DNA of 64,000 nt from an uncultured SAR86 cluster bacterium (GTDB lineage Bacteria > Pseudomonadota > Gammaproteobacteria > Magnimaribacterales > D2472): positions 14,696 to 78,695 of the forward strand of contig CABZRR010000001.1 of NCBI GenBank assembly GCA_902528215.1, written 5' to 3'. Below the pieces are notes generated by a model. That model ran no database searches and was not told the DNA's origin. It saw nothing but the letters and a program-made list of their open reading frames with translations. Positions 1-10,568 of the stretch are shown here, in pieces (position 1 is the first letter of the stretch; every line of letters begins with the position of its first letter). The position numbers and the translations under genes were made by a program.

Positions 1-962
1 GATTTATCTTCCTCAAGATTTTTTCCACGAACTCTTGTTCCAGCTATTGGTCTCAAGGTTACTTCTTCATTTTCTAATCTAACTAAAATTTCAGGTGAAG
101 CGCCAACTATTTGAAACTCTCCAAGATTTAAAAAGTACATGTATGGTGAGGGATTCAGTTTTCTAATTGCTTTATATAATTCAAATGGATCTTTATCAAA
201 ATTTGCTGAAAAATCCTGCGCTAATACAACCTGCATTACGTCACCCTCTTCAATATAATGCTTAACCTTTTTGACAGCTTGAAGATATTCTTCTTTTGAA
301 AAATTTGACTCAAAATCAGATGTATTTGTTATTTCATTAAATTTCTCAACCTGGTTTACTGTTGAGTTTAAAATTAAGTTTTCAATCTCATTTAACCTTG
401 CTTGTGCAAATGAATAGGACATGTTTCTTAAATTTGCATTAAAAATTATTTTTATTGAGTTTGTTAAATTATCAAAAATGATTAATTGATCTGCTTTGAC
501 CAAAAGGACATCAGGCATATGATCTGAGAATTTTGAGTTTTTTTGAGGCAAGCAAGATATTTTTTTTTCAGCATATTGGGCGCTTTCGTAAGCAAAAAAA
601 CCTACGTATCCTCCATAAAAACGTGGCAAGTCGTCTAAATTAGGTGATTGATCTTTAGAAGTTAATTTTTCAATATCTTTTAAAGGCTGATCAGAAACAA
701 ATCTTTCATTCATCCCATTGATTGATGTCTCAATTACGTTCCCATATGCCTTGATAGTATCCAAGCAACCAAAACCGATAATTGAGTATTGAGCCCACTT
801 ATCTCCACCTTCAACTGATTCAAGCAAGAAATTATTTTTTTTATCAGAAATTTTTTTGAATAAAGATAACGGGTTATCATCAGGTGAAATAACTTCTCTT
901 GCCATAGGAAGCATAGAAAAGTCATTATTTTTGAAATCTTCAAATTTTTCTTTTGTGATCAT
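1..962 (-). CDS. trpE: Anthranilate synthase component I (5' part; runs off window start)
   Basis: Not in ORF track. Read manually from ATG at 962: MITKEKFEDF...FLLESVEGGDKWAQYSIIG...PRFYGGYVGFFAYE...EGDVMQVVLAQ...LNPSPYMYF, all TrpE motifs. Confidence 0.95.
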   Translation of the reverse strand, partial: MITKEKFEDFKNNDFSMLPMAREVISPDDNPLSLFKKISDKKNNFLLESVEGGDKWAQYSIIGFGCLDTIKAYGNVIETSINGMNERFVSDQPLKDIEKLTSKDQSPNLDDLPRFYGGYVGFFAYESAQYAEKKISCLPQKNSKFSDHMPDVLLVKADQLIIFDNLTNSIKIIFNANLRNMSYSFAQARLNEIENLILNSTVNQVEKFNEITNTSDFESNFSKEEYLQAVKKVKHYIEEGDVMQVVLAQDFSANFDKDPFELYKAIRKLNPSPYMYFLNLGEFQIVGASPEILVRLENEEVTLRPIAGTRVRGKNLEEDK

Positions 963-970
963 TTTGTTTT

Positions 971-1399
971 TTAGAAATTTATTGTATCTCCAACAATAAT
1001 ATTATTCTTTTTAAACCATCCCTGATTAACTTCAACTGCCATTCGAGCTCTTTGAATTGAACAGATAGATTCTTCAGAAAAAGGGACCATATCATAAATT
1101 TCTAAAATTCTCCCATTACCAGAAATGAATGCAACGCTCAACGGAAGTGGAGTATCTTTCATCCACATACATTGTCTTTTGCTAGATGGCCAAATAAAAA
1201 TCATGCCGGTATTTTTTTCTAATATTTTTTGATTCATCAAGCCTTTACGCCTTGTTGCATCTGTATTGGATACTATTAAAGTTATAGAAACGTTTTTATT
1301 TATGAAGGTTGCATCAATCTGAGCGATCGATGAAAGAGAAAATATTATTAATAAAAAGCTAAGAAATTTTTTGTCGAAAGCTTTCAATAGTTTGCTCAT
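971..1399 (-). CDS. DUF192 family exported protein
   Basis: RRKGLM...GMIF...CMWMKDTPLPLSVAFI...AVEVNQGWF. Start moved to ATG 1399 (signal peptide follows); ORF-track start lies deep inside rpe. Confidence 0.85.
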   Translation of the reverse strand: MSKLLKAFDKKFLSFLLIIFSLSSIAQIDATFINKNVSITLIVSNTDATRRKGLMNQKILEKNTGMIFIWPSSKRQCMWMKDTPLPLSVAFISGNGRILEIYDMVPFSEESICSIQRARMAVEVNQGWFKKNNIIVGDTINF

Positions 1400-2024
1400 A
1401 ATCTGATGATCCAAAAATAGCAGACCCCGCAACAAAAACATCTGCTCCAGCCATTGAAACTCTTGAAATAGTTTCAGTGTTGATACCACCATCAACCTCT
1501 AAGTAAATTTTATGGTCTTGTTTGTCTATTAGCTCTCTAGCAGCCTGAATTTTTTCAATTGTATCCTCAATAAACTCTTGTCCACCAAATCCTGGATAAA
1601 CACTCATTAATAAAATTAAATCAATCTCATCAACAATACCATCCAAAACAGACAAAGAAGTATCAGGATTTATTGCAATGCCAACCTTGCATGAACATTC
1701 TTTAATTATTTCTATTGTATCCTTTGTACTTTCTACTGCTTCAGGATGAAAGCTAATCAGATCTGCTCCCGCACTTGCAAAACTTTTTGCTAGTTCGTTT
1801 ACAGGCTCAATCATTAAATGCACATCAATAAAATCCTTGATTCCATCGTCTCTTAATGACTTACAAACCATCGGGCCAACTGTAAGATTTGGTACATAGT
1901 GATTGTCCATAACATCAAAGTGTATCCAGTCCGCGCCAGCAGACATAACTGAATTGATCTCTTCGCCTAATCTAGCAAAATTTGCAGATAAAATAGACGG
2001 AGCGATTAAAGACTTAGATTTCAT
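1359..2024 (-). CDS. rpe: Ribulose-phosphate 3-epimerase
   Basis: IAPSILSANF, HFDVMDNHYVPNLT, DVHLM, EVDGG, VAGSAIF. Confidence 0.97.
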   Translation of the reverse strand: MKSKSLIAPSILSANFARLGEEINSVMSAGADWIHFDVMDNHYVPNLTVGPMVCKSLRDDGIKDFIDVHLMIEPVNELAKSFASAGADLISFHPEAVESTKDTIEIIKECSCKVGIAINPDTSLSVLDGIVDEIDLILLMSVYPGFGGQEFIEDTIEKIQAARELIDKQDHKIYLEVDGGINTETISRVSMAGADVFVAGSAIFGSSDYEQTIESFRQKIS

Positions 2025-2029
2025 TGTTG

Positions 2030-2701
2030 TTAATTTTGATCTTTTAGAACTGTCCTTGCAAGCTTTAATCTATAAGGAGTGCCGACATCTATCCAAAATG
2101 AATTATCTAAATGACCGGTAACTTTAGAAGTTTTTATTAACGGTATCAATATAGTGCTCCAAAGATCGAATGGATAATCTTTAGAAACGTGCTTTTCTAA
2201 AATTCTGGGATTGATAACACACACTCCCGAATAAGTGTAATCATTGAACCCTTCATTTATAAAAACTGATTCGTCATTCAGTGAAAAATCTCCTTCATTG
2301 TTATGGTCAGGGTTTTTGGTAGCTATTAAATGAACGTTATCTACCCTATCAGGAATTTTTGTTAGATCTGGACTAAACAAGATATCTGAAGTGCTTAAAA
2401 TGAAAGGGGCAGATCCAAGATAATCCTTAGCATTCAATAAAGCGCCCCCAGTTCCATAAGGAAATGGTTCATCTAAAAAAATTATATTGGATGCATTCTC
2501 AATGGATTTTAAGGCAAGTTTAATTTTTTCTCCAAGATACGAAACATTAATGATGAATTCATTGATGCCGTAATTTGTTAAATTATTTATTGTGTATTCA
2601 ATTAACGATAATCCATTTATGTCAAGCAAAGGTTTAGGAATCTCCCTAGTTAGGGGTTTCATTCTTGAGCCAAGGCCTGCAGCTAAAATCATAGCTTTCA
2701 T
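2030..2701 (-). CDS. murU: MurNAc-alpha-1-phosphate uridylyltransferase-like nucleotidyltransferase
   Basis: MKAMILAAGLGSRMKPLT..PKPL, GTGG, WIDVGTP; adjacent to amgK. Confidence 0.85.
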   Translation of the reverse strand: MKAMILAAGLGSRMKPLTREIPKPLLDINGLSLIEYTINNLTNYGINEFIINVSYLGEKIKLALKSIENASNIIFLDEPFPYGTGGALLNAKDYLGSAPFILSTSDILFSPDLTKIPDRVDNVHLIATKNPDHNNEGDFSLNDESVFINEGFNDYTYSGVCVINPRILEKHVSKDYPFDLWSTILIPLIKTSKVTGHLDNSFWIDVGTPYRLKLARTVLKDQN

Positions 2702-3672
2702 ATTTTTAATAATTCCTTATCTAAAGTTTGTGATACATCATCAAGAAGGAAATCAGCAAGCTTAACTTGATTTAATTCTTTCGATAATAAAGCAGTATTA
2801 GAAACAATTTGAGGTAAATCCTTCATCCTAAATGCGCGTTGTGAAAAAATATAAAGTTCTGTAAGGGTGCCCATGATCCTGAGATTTCTCTGGAGACCAC
2901 CCCATAATGTAGCTTTAAAAATGTCCTCTGCAGAAATATCGTAAATGGAAATTTCTGCAAAGCTTTTGCAATATTTTTTTAATGTATCTAGGTTTAAAGG
3001 AATGTAATGATCGATGAGAATCCCAGCCAAATCAATTCCAATTGGGCCGTGACACAAATCTTGAAAATCCAAAAGTGCTAACTCAGAGTTATTTATCAAT
3101 TGTATATTTCTTCTTTCAAAATCAAAGTGACAATTTGTCCATTGCTGATCCATAATTTCAGTTCGAAGATCAGGAAAAATATCTTCATATTCATCAAACA
3201 TCTCAATTTTTAAAAATTCTTGGCAAAAAATTTTAGAAAATTTCTTTGTATGAGATTCTAAACCCATCCAAAATGTTGAATGCAGATCAACATGACTGGA
3301 TTGATGCATTTTGTTGAGCAACTCTAAAGCAGAAATAACAAGTTCTTCATTTTGATAAAAATCCTTTTCATTTATTAATGAATGGTCTCCTAAATCTTCT
3401 AATATAGTTAAGAAGTTTGCTGTATCGTGCTTAAAAATCTTTGGAACTCTTACGTTTGAAGCAGCAAGCTCATTCGCCCTGTTAATAAAGACATTCTGTC
3501 CATTAATTGGTCTGTCATCAAAGGAAATGACGTAGGAAAGATTTTTAGAAGTAACTCTAAAGTATTTCCTTCCGCTTGCCTCAATTTTCAAAGGCTCTAT
3601 GGATGCTAATTCTTGATTGAATTCTTGAGCGTATTCAAGAATCTTATTTTCTAATGCTTCAGCTATTTTCAA
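2698..3672 (-). CDS. amgK: Anomeric MurNAc/GlcNAc kinase-like phosphotransferase
   Basis: EASGRKYFR, LEDLGD, HFDFERRN, LLDFQD, GLQRNLRIMG; coupled to murU. Start uncertain (TTG 3672 chosen, ORF open to 3714). Confidence 0.75.
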   Translation of the reverse strand: MKIAEALENKILEYAQEFNQELASIEPLKIEASGRKYFRVTSKNLSYVISFDDRPINGQNVFINRANELAASNVRVPKIFKHDTANFLTILEDLGDHSLINEKDFYQNEELVISALELLNKMHQSSHVDLHSTFWMGLESHTKKFSKIFCQEFLKIEMFDEYEDIFPDLRTEIMDQQWTNCHFDFERRNIQLINNSELALLDFQDLCHGPIGIDLAGILIDHYIPLNLDTLKKYCKSFAEISIYDISAEDIFKATLWGGLQRNLRIMGTLTELYIFSQRAFRMKDLPQIVSNTALLSKELNQVKLADFLLDDVSQTLDKELLKI

Positions 3673-4516
3673 TCTCCGATGGCAAAGGAGTATCTTCGGG
3701 TAAAAAGAAATCAAGAGCTAATTGAGCAAATGGTAAATCAGCATACTTTTTAAAATCTCTAACGCCTGCTTCATACAAGACTAAATCATCGATACAAAAA
3801 TTACCCGTAAAACTCGCTGGATCCTTAATAAAAATTTCATATGCTGCATCAGCCATAATCTCAGGAGTTCTGGAAATATTCATTAGCGCCTCTCCACCTA
3901 AAACATTTTTAACTGCAGCTGTTGCAATAGCTGTTCTCGGCCATAATCCATTTACAGCTATGCCATCAGACTTAAGTTCCTCGGCCATTCCTAATACACA
4001 CATACTCATTGTGTATTTTGCCATGGTGTAAGCAAGATGAGGTCCAAACCACTTGGGCTTCATATCCAAAGGAGGAGCCAAGTTTAATATATGAGCGCCA
4101 TTAGATTGCTTAAGGTGAGGAATGCAATATTTACTGACCAAATATGTACCCCTTCCATTAATTTGATGCATCAAATCGTATCTTTTCATATCCGTATCAG
4201 GCGTAGTTGTTAAAGAAATAGCTGAAGCATTGTTTACACAAATATCAATACCCCCGAAATGACTAATTGTTTGTTCCACAGCATCAATAACATTCTTTTC
4301 ATCTCGAACATCTAAAACTATAGGTAACGCTTCACCACCAGCCTCAACAATTTCATCTGCAGCAGTAAAAATAGTTCCTGGTAGTTTTGGATGAGGTTCA
4401 GCAGTTTTTGCGGCTAAAACTACTTTAGCTCCATCTTTTGCAGCTCTCTTCCCTATTGCGAGACCAATTCCTCTACTGCCTCCAGTAATAAATAATACTC
4501 TTCCTTTTAAACTCAT
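3659..4516 (-). CDS. Short-chain dehydrogenase, HSDL2-like
   Basis: ITGGSRGIG, AKTAEPHPKLPGTI, NNASAI, YTMAK, LWPRTAIATAA. Confidence 0.9.
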   Translation of the reverse strand: MSLKGRVLFITGGSRGIGLAIGKRAAKDGAKVVLAAKTAEPHPKLPGTIFTAADEIVEAGGEALPIVLDVRDEKNVIDAVEQTISHFGGIDICVNNASAISLTTTPDTDMKRYDLMHQINGRGTYLVSKYCIPHLKQSNGAHILNLAPPLDMKPKWFGPHLAYTMAKYTMSMCVLGMAEELKSDGIAVNGLWPRTAIATAAVKNVLGGEALMNISRTPEIMADAAYEIFIKDPASFTGNFCIDDLVLYEAGVRDFKKYADLPFAQLALDFFLPEDTPLPSEIENS

Positions 4517-4607
4517 TTCGTATCTCCTGTGTTAACAATAATTGTTGATTGATGTTGCATTTTTAAACTGGTTGATGCAAGTTAAAGGGTTATTATAAGC
4601 TTAAGAA

Positions 4608-5222
4608 GTGAGGACGACTATGAATGTAGATTTTATTTTTGACTTTGCCAGTCCAAATGCATATCTGTGTCATAAGGCAATTCAGAATATTGAACAAACC
4701 CATGACATAAAATTTAATTACGTACCGTGCCTACTTGGCGGTATCATGAAGTTGACCAATAACCAACCTCCAATGGTTTCCTTGGCTGAAATTCCCAATA
4801 AGATGAAATATGAATTTGAAACTGCTTTTAATCGATTCATGGAAGAGCACAACATTACAGAATTTAAAATGAATGAGCACTTTCCTGTTAATACTATTTC
4901 TCTTATAAGGGGAGCAATAGTGGCTCAAAAGCATGGATTTTTTGAAACTTACCTTGAAATAGTCTTAAGTGGGCTTTGGGAACAATCACTGAAATTAGAT
5001 ACTCCAGAAGCACTGCATGAGCTTTTAACCAAGCACAACTGTAATGCTGATCTTGTCATAGAAGAAATTGCTAAAGATGAAACTAAACAAGAATTAATCA
5101 AAAATACCAGTGAAGCTGCTGAAAAAGGTGCTTTTGGAATTCCTACATTTTTTGTTGAAGAGGAAATGTTTTACGGTAAGGATACTTTAAGAGAACTTAA
5201 AGAAATGGCATCCTCAGCCTAA
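4608..5222 (+). CDS. 2-hydroxychromene-2-carboxylate isomerase / kappa-GST (DsbA-like) family
   Basis: DFIFDFASPNAYL, P.LLGGI, GAFGIPTFFV, FYGKD; start GTG 4608 or ATG 4620. Confidence 0.85.
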   Translation: MRTTMNVDFIFDFASPNAYLCHKAIQNIEQTHDIKFNYVPCLLGGIMKLTNNQPPMVSLAEIPNKMKYEFETAFNRFMEEHNITEFKMNEHFPVNTISLIRGAIVAQKHGFFETYLEIVLSGLWEQSLKLDTPEALHELLTKHNCNADLVIEEIAKDETKQELIKNTSEAAEKGAFGIPTFFVEEEMFYGKDTLRELKEMASSA

Positions 5223-5227
5223 AATTT

Positions 5228-7546
5228 TTGAAATTCCGTAAAAAACAATTAAGCCTCATAAAGCATAAATATAAATATCTTTTTATGCTTCTTTGTGCTA
5301 CATCTGGAAATATGTATGCTATTGATGGTAGCAACTTTTTAAATTTTCAAGATCGTGTTCCGAATTGTAGTTACCCTCAATATCCATTATTAATTAACGA
5401 AGATAAATCTGATGTGCTAAATGCAAGTTCGATGGATATTAAATCAAATGGTGAAATGTATCTAAATGGAAATGTATTTATTGGACTGAATGAGGGCAAA
5501 ATAAATGCTGATAGTGCAACTTTTATACAAGAACAAAATTCTGTTAAAGATATAAAAAATGGGAGCATCTATCACTCCAATAATTATTTTAATTTTTTGA
5601 CTGGCTCTTTAGAGAAAAAATCTGGACAACTTAAGCTTGATAATGGGATAACTTTCCTGAGCGAAAGAAACCTATTAATTAGTTACGAGTCATTAGATGG
5701 GAACTTAGGAGAATTTTTGGAATTTAAGAATGCCACTCTGACCACTTGCAGTATTAGTAACCAGAGCTGGGAAATTGAAGCTGCAAGTATAAATATTGAT
5801 GAGAATACTAGTCGGGGATCTATTAAAGATATGAAGCTTAAAATTTTTAACAAAAAGGTCCTTATGCTTCCGTACCTACCCTTCCCTGCAACAACTAAAA
5901 GATTAAGCGGTTTTTTAGAGCCGGAGTTGAACCTTACATCAGATGGCTTGGACTTATTCTTACCTTACTTTTGGGTATTATCAAAGAAATCTGACGTAAC
6001 CATTGCGCCAAGAATACTTAATGATAGAGGTACTGGTATTGAAGGAAATTTTCGCTATCTTACGAACGCTGAGTCTGAGAATTATTTAGATCTAATATTT
6101 TTTCCTAAAGATAAAGAATTTAAAAAAGACTTTGGAAATAACAAAGATCAAAGATGGGCATTTCGATTCAAAGAGAATAGGCAATTATCAAAATTTTCAA
6201 CATATATTGACTGGTCTAAATCATCAGACTCTATGGTATTGCTTGATTTACCATCAAGCATTACAAATATTGCAAATCAAAGAGATCATTATCTAAATCA
6301 AACCTTTTCAATGAATTTCATATCAAAGAATTTTTACGTAAGCTTAAGTCGAGAGGGATATCAAAGCTTAAATCCATTTATAAATAATGGATACATTAAA
6401 AATCCTGGCATTCATATTGAATATTTTAACAACACCTCAAAAATTTCTTATTTTACTAAGATTGATTATGCAAGTTTTGATACTGATAAAAGTACAAATC
6501 AATTTTTTAGAAATAATTCTATTTCCGAAACTGGAAAAAGATCGATTGCTGAAATAGGAGCCGAAATTCTCTATGATTTTAAATATTTAAATATCGAAAT
6601 CAGCGGTTCAACATTACATAAAAAATATAACCTGGATAAAAAAAACTCGCAGTCTTTTTCATCCTCAATACCCTCATTTAAAATAAATCTTTCATCATTG
6701 TTAAAAAAATCAACTGCCTCAGGGATCTCGTTAATAATGCCTGAATTTGTTTATCAGAAAACCAATTATAAAGATCAAAGCTTAAATCCTATTTTTGATC
6801 TTCATCAGCGTAACTCGGGTAATCTAAATGCACTCAGAAATGAATACTTTTTTGGGAAAGATAGGGTTCCAGATACAGAATTTCTAGCTGCAAAATTGAG
6901 CTGGCAAAAAAAGATGCATAAAAATCAAAAATTTGCTTTTCAATTAATAAAAAAGAATGAACTGGAAACAAGCAGAGTAATCAACGCTATGTTGAAAAGT
7001 CCGTTAGGAAAAGATAGTCAAATTGGTTCAAAACTATCTTTTGAAAACAATAGTCTAAAAACATACGTTGCTGCGAATTATTCTCAAAAAAGAAATATTC
7101 TCAATTATGGAGAAACCGGATTAGAGATTAAATACTCAAATATGAACATAGGCATATCGAGAAATTTCCTGAGAAATATTCCTATATTAGACATAGAAAG
7201 TGAATTAGATTATGCCGAGTTTTCCTTGGAACGTCTTATGCCAAAGGGTTACAAAATTATCGGTGGAATAAGTAAAGACTTAGTATCGAAAAAAAACTTA
7301 GAAACTTATTTTGGCTTTGGTTTTGAAAACTGTTGTCTTGCTTTTAAAATATATGCGTCTGATAAAAGACTTTCGAAATATAATTTTTTGAATATTCAGT
7401 CTCAAGAATTTAATCAAATTTATTGGGAAAAAATGATTTCAGTTGAAAACAAAAGTAGAATTAACTTTGAATTTGAACTTAAAGGTCTGACTGGGTCAAA
7501 CAAAAGAATTAATAGGTTTTTCTCTAATGCTTTTTTAGATCTTTAG
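5228..7546 (+). CDS. lptD: LPS assembly outer-membrane protein LptD
   Basis: TTC...WEIEA, LPYL.FP...RLSGFL.P, PYFW, C-terminal ENCC; precedes surA-pdxA-rsmA. Start uncertain. Confidence 0.9.
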   Translation: MKFRKKQLSLIKHKYKYLFMLLCATSGNMYAIDGSNFLNFQDRVPNCSYPQYPLLINEDKSDVLNASSMDIKSNGEMYLNGNVFIGLNEGKINADSATFIQEQNSVKDIKNGSIYHSNNYFNFLTGSLEKKSGQLKLDNGITFLSERNLLISYESLDGNLGEFLEFKNATLTTCSISNQSWEIEAASINIDENTSRGSIKDMKLKIFNKKVLMLPYLPFPATTKRLSGFLEPELNLTSDGLDLFLPYFWVLSKKSDVTIAPRILNDRGTGIEGNFRYLTNAESENYLDLIFFPKDKEFKKDFGNNKDQRWAFRFKENRQLSKFSTYIDWSKSSDSMVLLDLPSSITNIANQRDHYLNQTFSMNFISKNFYVSLSREGYQSLNPFINNGYIKNPGIHIEYFNNTSKISYFTKIDYASFDTDKSTNQFFRNNSISETGKRSIAEIGAEILYDFKYLNIEISGSTLHKKYNLDKKNSQSFSSSIPSFKINLSSLLKKSTASGISLIMPEFVYQKTNYKDQSLNPIFDLHQRNSGNLNALRNEYFFGKDRVPDTEFLAAKLSWQKKMHKNQKFAFQLIKKNELETSRVINAMLKSPLGKDSQIGSKLSFENNSLKTYVAANYSQKRNILNYGETGLEIKYSNMNIGISRNFLRNIPILDIESELDYAEFSLERLMPKGYKIIGGISKDLVSKKNLETYFGFGFENCCLAFKIYASDKRLSKYNFLNIQSQEFNQIYWEKMISVENKSRINFEFELKGLTGSNKRINRFFSNAFLDL

Positions 7547-7573
7547 TGAATTAACTCGAATAAAATAAAAATA

Positions 7574-8821
7574 ATGAAATTAAAAATATTTATCTTGCTA
7601 CCATTTTTTGTGATGGCGCCTTTAATGATAGCAAAAATTGAAATCCTTGATAGAGTTGCAATTATTGTCGGGGATGGTGTTGTGCTTGAATCTCAAGTTG
7701 AAGGCATGATGCAAAATATTAAGAAAAGGTACTCTGAGCAAGGTGCTGATTTACCACCTGATGAAGTGCTATTGGAACAAGTGCATGAACGCTTAATTAT
7801 TCAAGAGTTGCAGCTCCAAATGGCTGATAGAGCTGGCATTAGAGTCAGTGATACCGAGCTAAATGCATCATTCCAAAATATTGCACAAAATAATCAATTA
7901 AGCTTAGAAGAATTCATTGAGACTGTAGAGTCTGAGGGTGAGTCTTATAAAGATTTAAGAGAACAGGTAAGAGAGGAAATGATTATTCAAAGAGTACAAA
8001 GAGGAAGGGTTGGAAGAGAAGTTGATATCACTGAACAAGAACTTAATGGCTTTCTAGCAACTGAAGGAGTGATCAATCAATTATCACCCGAGCTATTTGT
8101 GAGACAAATACTTGTATCTACTGAAAATCAAGCTTTGGAATTAATTCAAAAAATCCATGATGGCTCAGACTTTGCTGAACTAGCAAAGTCAAACTCTAAG
8201 AGCAATAATGCTTCTCAAGGTGGAGAAATGGGTTGGAGAAATTTAGCCGATATGCCCTCATTATTTGCTGGTGCACTCCAAAATAAAAAAAAAGGTTTTA
8301 TTTCCGAACCTTTGAAAGCTGGTTCTGGTTTTTATATTTTAAAGCTTGAAGATAAAAGAGGTGATTTGGTTAAATTTGAAGAGCAATGGAATGTGCGACA
8401 TATACTAATGATGGAAACCAAGCTAAGAGATAGGATGTTTACAAAAAAAGAACTTGAAGCTGTTAGAAATAGAGTGCTGGCAGGAGAAGATTTTAGTTTG
8501 CTTGCTAAAGAGTTCTCCGAAGATCCTGGCTCAGCATCACGAGGCGGTGATCTTGATTGGTTAAGTATTGGTACGACAGCTCCTGCATTTGAGAAAATGA
8601 TGCTAGCATCTCCTATTGATGAAATTTCTCCTGTTTTTGAATCAGAATTCGGTTTTCATTTTCTTCAAGTGCTTGATAAGCGGACAGAGGATCTAACTGA
8701 AGAAGTTATAAAAGATAGAGCCTATGGAATTTTATTTTCTAGAAAATTTGATGAAGCGCTTGAAAATACTCTCAGAACTATTCGCTCTGAAGCATTTGTA
8801 GAATTTAAAAAATTAGATTGA
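7574..8821 (+). CDS. surA: Periplasmic chaperone/PPIase SurA
   Basis: LDRVAIIV..GVVLES, two parvulin domains (FAELAK..S, SEDPGSASRGGDLDW). Confidence 0.95.
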   Translation: MKLKIFILLPFFVMAPLMIAKIEILDRVAIIVGDGVVLESQVEGMMQNIKKRYSEQGADLPPDEVLLEQVHERLIIQELQLQMADRAGIRVSDTELNASFQNIAQNNQLSLEEFIETVESEGESYKDLREQVREEMIIQRVQRGRVGREVDITEQELNGFLATEGVINQLSPELFVRQILVSTENQALELIQKIHDGSDFAELAKSNSKSNNASQGGEMGWRNLADMPSLFAGALQNKKKGFISEPLKAGSGFYILKLEDKRGDLVKFEEQWNVRHILMMETKLRDRMFTKKELEAVRNRVLAGEDFSLLAKEFSEDPGSASRGGDLDWLSIGTTAPAFEKMMLASPIDEISPVFESEFGFHFLQVLDKRTEDLTEEVIKDRAYGILFSRKFDEALENTLRTIRSEAFVEFKKLD

Positions 8822-9804
8822 AACAATTACTTTACTCTCCCGGTGAACCTGCAGGTATTGGAGTGGATTCAATTCTGTATATATCTAAACTAAAATTTTG
8901 GGAGGAAATGAATGTAAATTTAATATGTATTGCTGATGAAGATTTACTTCAATCAAGGGCAAAAGCGCTAAATTTGAACGTTAAATTTAAAGAACTTAAA
9001 TCATTAAATACGGCTAAGAAAAATAAAAAAGGCATTGTTCAATTCGTGCAAGTGGCTGAATGCAAAGATTTCACTCCTGGCCAATTAAATTCTGAAAATG
9101 CTCAATATATTATTAAAAATTTAAATTTTGGAATCGATCAAGCTTTAAAAAATAAAAAAATAGGTTTGGTTACCGGTCCCATACAAAAAAGCAATATCAT
9201 CGAGGGTGGATTTAAGGATTTTCAAGGTCATACAGAATGGATTAAAAAGCAAACTAAATCAAAAGAAGTAGTAATGCTCCTTGCAGCTAAAAATATAAAA
9301 GTAGCCCTTGCCACAACTCACATACCACTAGCAGAAGTTTCAAAAAATATTCAAAAATCAAGGCTTGTAGAAATTATTAAAATATTAAATTTTAGTCTTA
9401 AAAATAATTTCAAGATAAAGCATCCTCGTATAAAAGTTCTTGGTTTAAATCCACATGCTGGAGAAAATGGTAAAATCGGCGAGGATGAGCTATTAAAAAT
9501 TGATCCTGCAGTAAAAATATGTCGGGAAATGGGAATTAAAGTTTCCTATGCGATATCAGCAGATACAGCCTTTAATAGCAATCAATTAAAAGAAACTGAT
9601 GCTTATCTTGCCATGTATCACGATCAAGCTTTGCCAGTATTAAAAGCTTTAAGCTTTGGAAAGGCAGTTAATATTACACTTGGTACGCCTTTAGTAAGAA
9701 CTTCTGTTGATCATGGAACAGCCCTTGACATTGCTGGCAAAATTAAACCAAACCTAGGATCAATTAAAGAAGCTATTATGCTTGCTGAGATGCAACTTCA
9801 ATGA
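8818..9804 (+). CDS. pdxA: 4-hydroxythreonine-4-phosphate dehydrogenase
   Basis: GEPAGIG, GHTE, GLNPHAGENG, AMYHDQ, RTSVDHGTA. Confidence 0.97.
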   Translation: MKQLLYSPGEPAGIGVDSILYISKLKFWEEMNVNLICIADEDLLQSRAKALNLNVKFKELKSLNTAKKNKKGIVQFVQVAECKDFTPGQLNSENAQYIIKNLNFGIDQALKNKKIGLVTGPIQKSNIIEGGFKDFQGHTEWIKKQTKSKEVVMLLAAKNIKVALATTHIPLAEVSKNIQKSRLVEIIKILNFSLKNNFKIKHPRIKVLGLNPHAGENGKIGEDELLKIDPAVKICREMGIKVSYAISADTAFNSNQLKETDAYLAMYHDQALPVLKALSFGKAVNITLGTPLVRTSVDHGTALDIAGKIKPNLGSIKEAIMLAEMQLQ

Positions 9805-10568
9805 GTGATAGGTCTCAAAGACGAAAATTAGGTCAAAACTACCTTATCGATCCTGTAATTTTATTTGAGATTGAACAAGCGATAAATCCCCAAAAAAATA
9901 ATTTATTTTTTGAAATTGGTCCTGGTAAAGGGGCGCTCACTGAGAAATTAATGAATCAAAGTATAAAAATTATTGCAATGGATATTGATCAAAAAAATAT
10001 AGATATGCTTAAGCAGAAATATAGTACTTCTAAATACAAATTCATACATGGTGATGTATTAAAAGAATCTCTAAGTTTTTTAAATACAAAAAAGCACAGG
10101 ATCGTTGGGAATCTTCCATACAATATTTCTACTCAGATAATTTTGAAGTTTTTAAAATATTTTAATGCGATTGAAGATATGCATTTTTTGGTACAAAAAG
10201 AAGTTGCTAATAGAATTTGCGCCTCACACCTTTCAGGCGACTGGGGCAGGCTAGGAGTAAAAATTTCTGCTTTTTTCCAAACCGATATACTATTTGATGT
10301 TCCACCAGAATCCTTCGATATAAAACCTAAAGTTCAGTCTTCTTTTGTTAGATTAATACCTCGATCAGCGCCATACATTTCAAAAAACGAATATATAAAA
10401 TTTTCTACTTTAATAGATCAATCTTTTGCAAATAAAAGGAAAGGCATTAAGAATAACCTAAAGAAATTTGATATTGATTTTCAACAACTTGCTATCAATC
10501 CACTTTCAAGAGCACAAGAATTATCAATTGAGGAATTTATTTCAATTTTTAGAGTTATTGAAATTTAA
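9801..10568 (+). CDS. rsmA: 16S rRNA adenine dimethyltransferase
   Basis: LGQNYL, EIGPGKGALT, VGNLPYNIST, QKEVA. Confidence 0.97.
   Translation: MSDRSQRRKLGQNYLIDPVILFEIEQAINPQKNNLFFEIGPGKGALTEKLMNQSIKIIAMDIDQKNIDMLKQKYSTSKYKFIHGDVLKESLSFLNTKKHRIVGNLPYNISTQIILKFLKYFNAIEDMHFLVQKEVANRICASHLSGDWGRLGVKISAFFQTDILFDVPPESFDIKPKVQSSFVRLIPRSAPYISKNEYIKFSTLIDQSFANKRKGIKNNLKKFDIDFQQLAINPLSRAQELSIEEFISIFRVIEI

Noticed and set aside
734-943. 69-aa minus-strand ORF
   Set aside because: Alternative frame inside trpE (1-962), which the track missed because it runs off the window.
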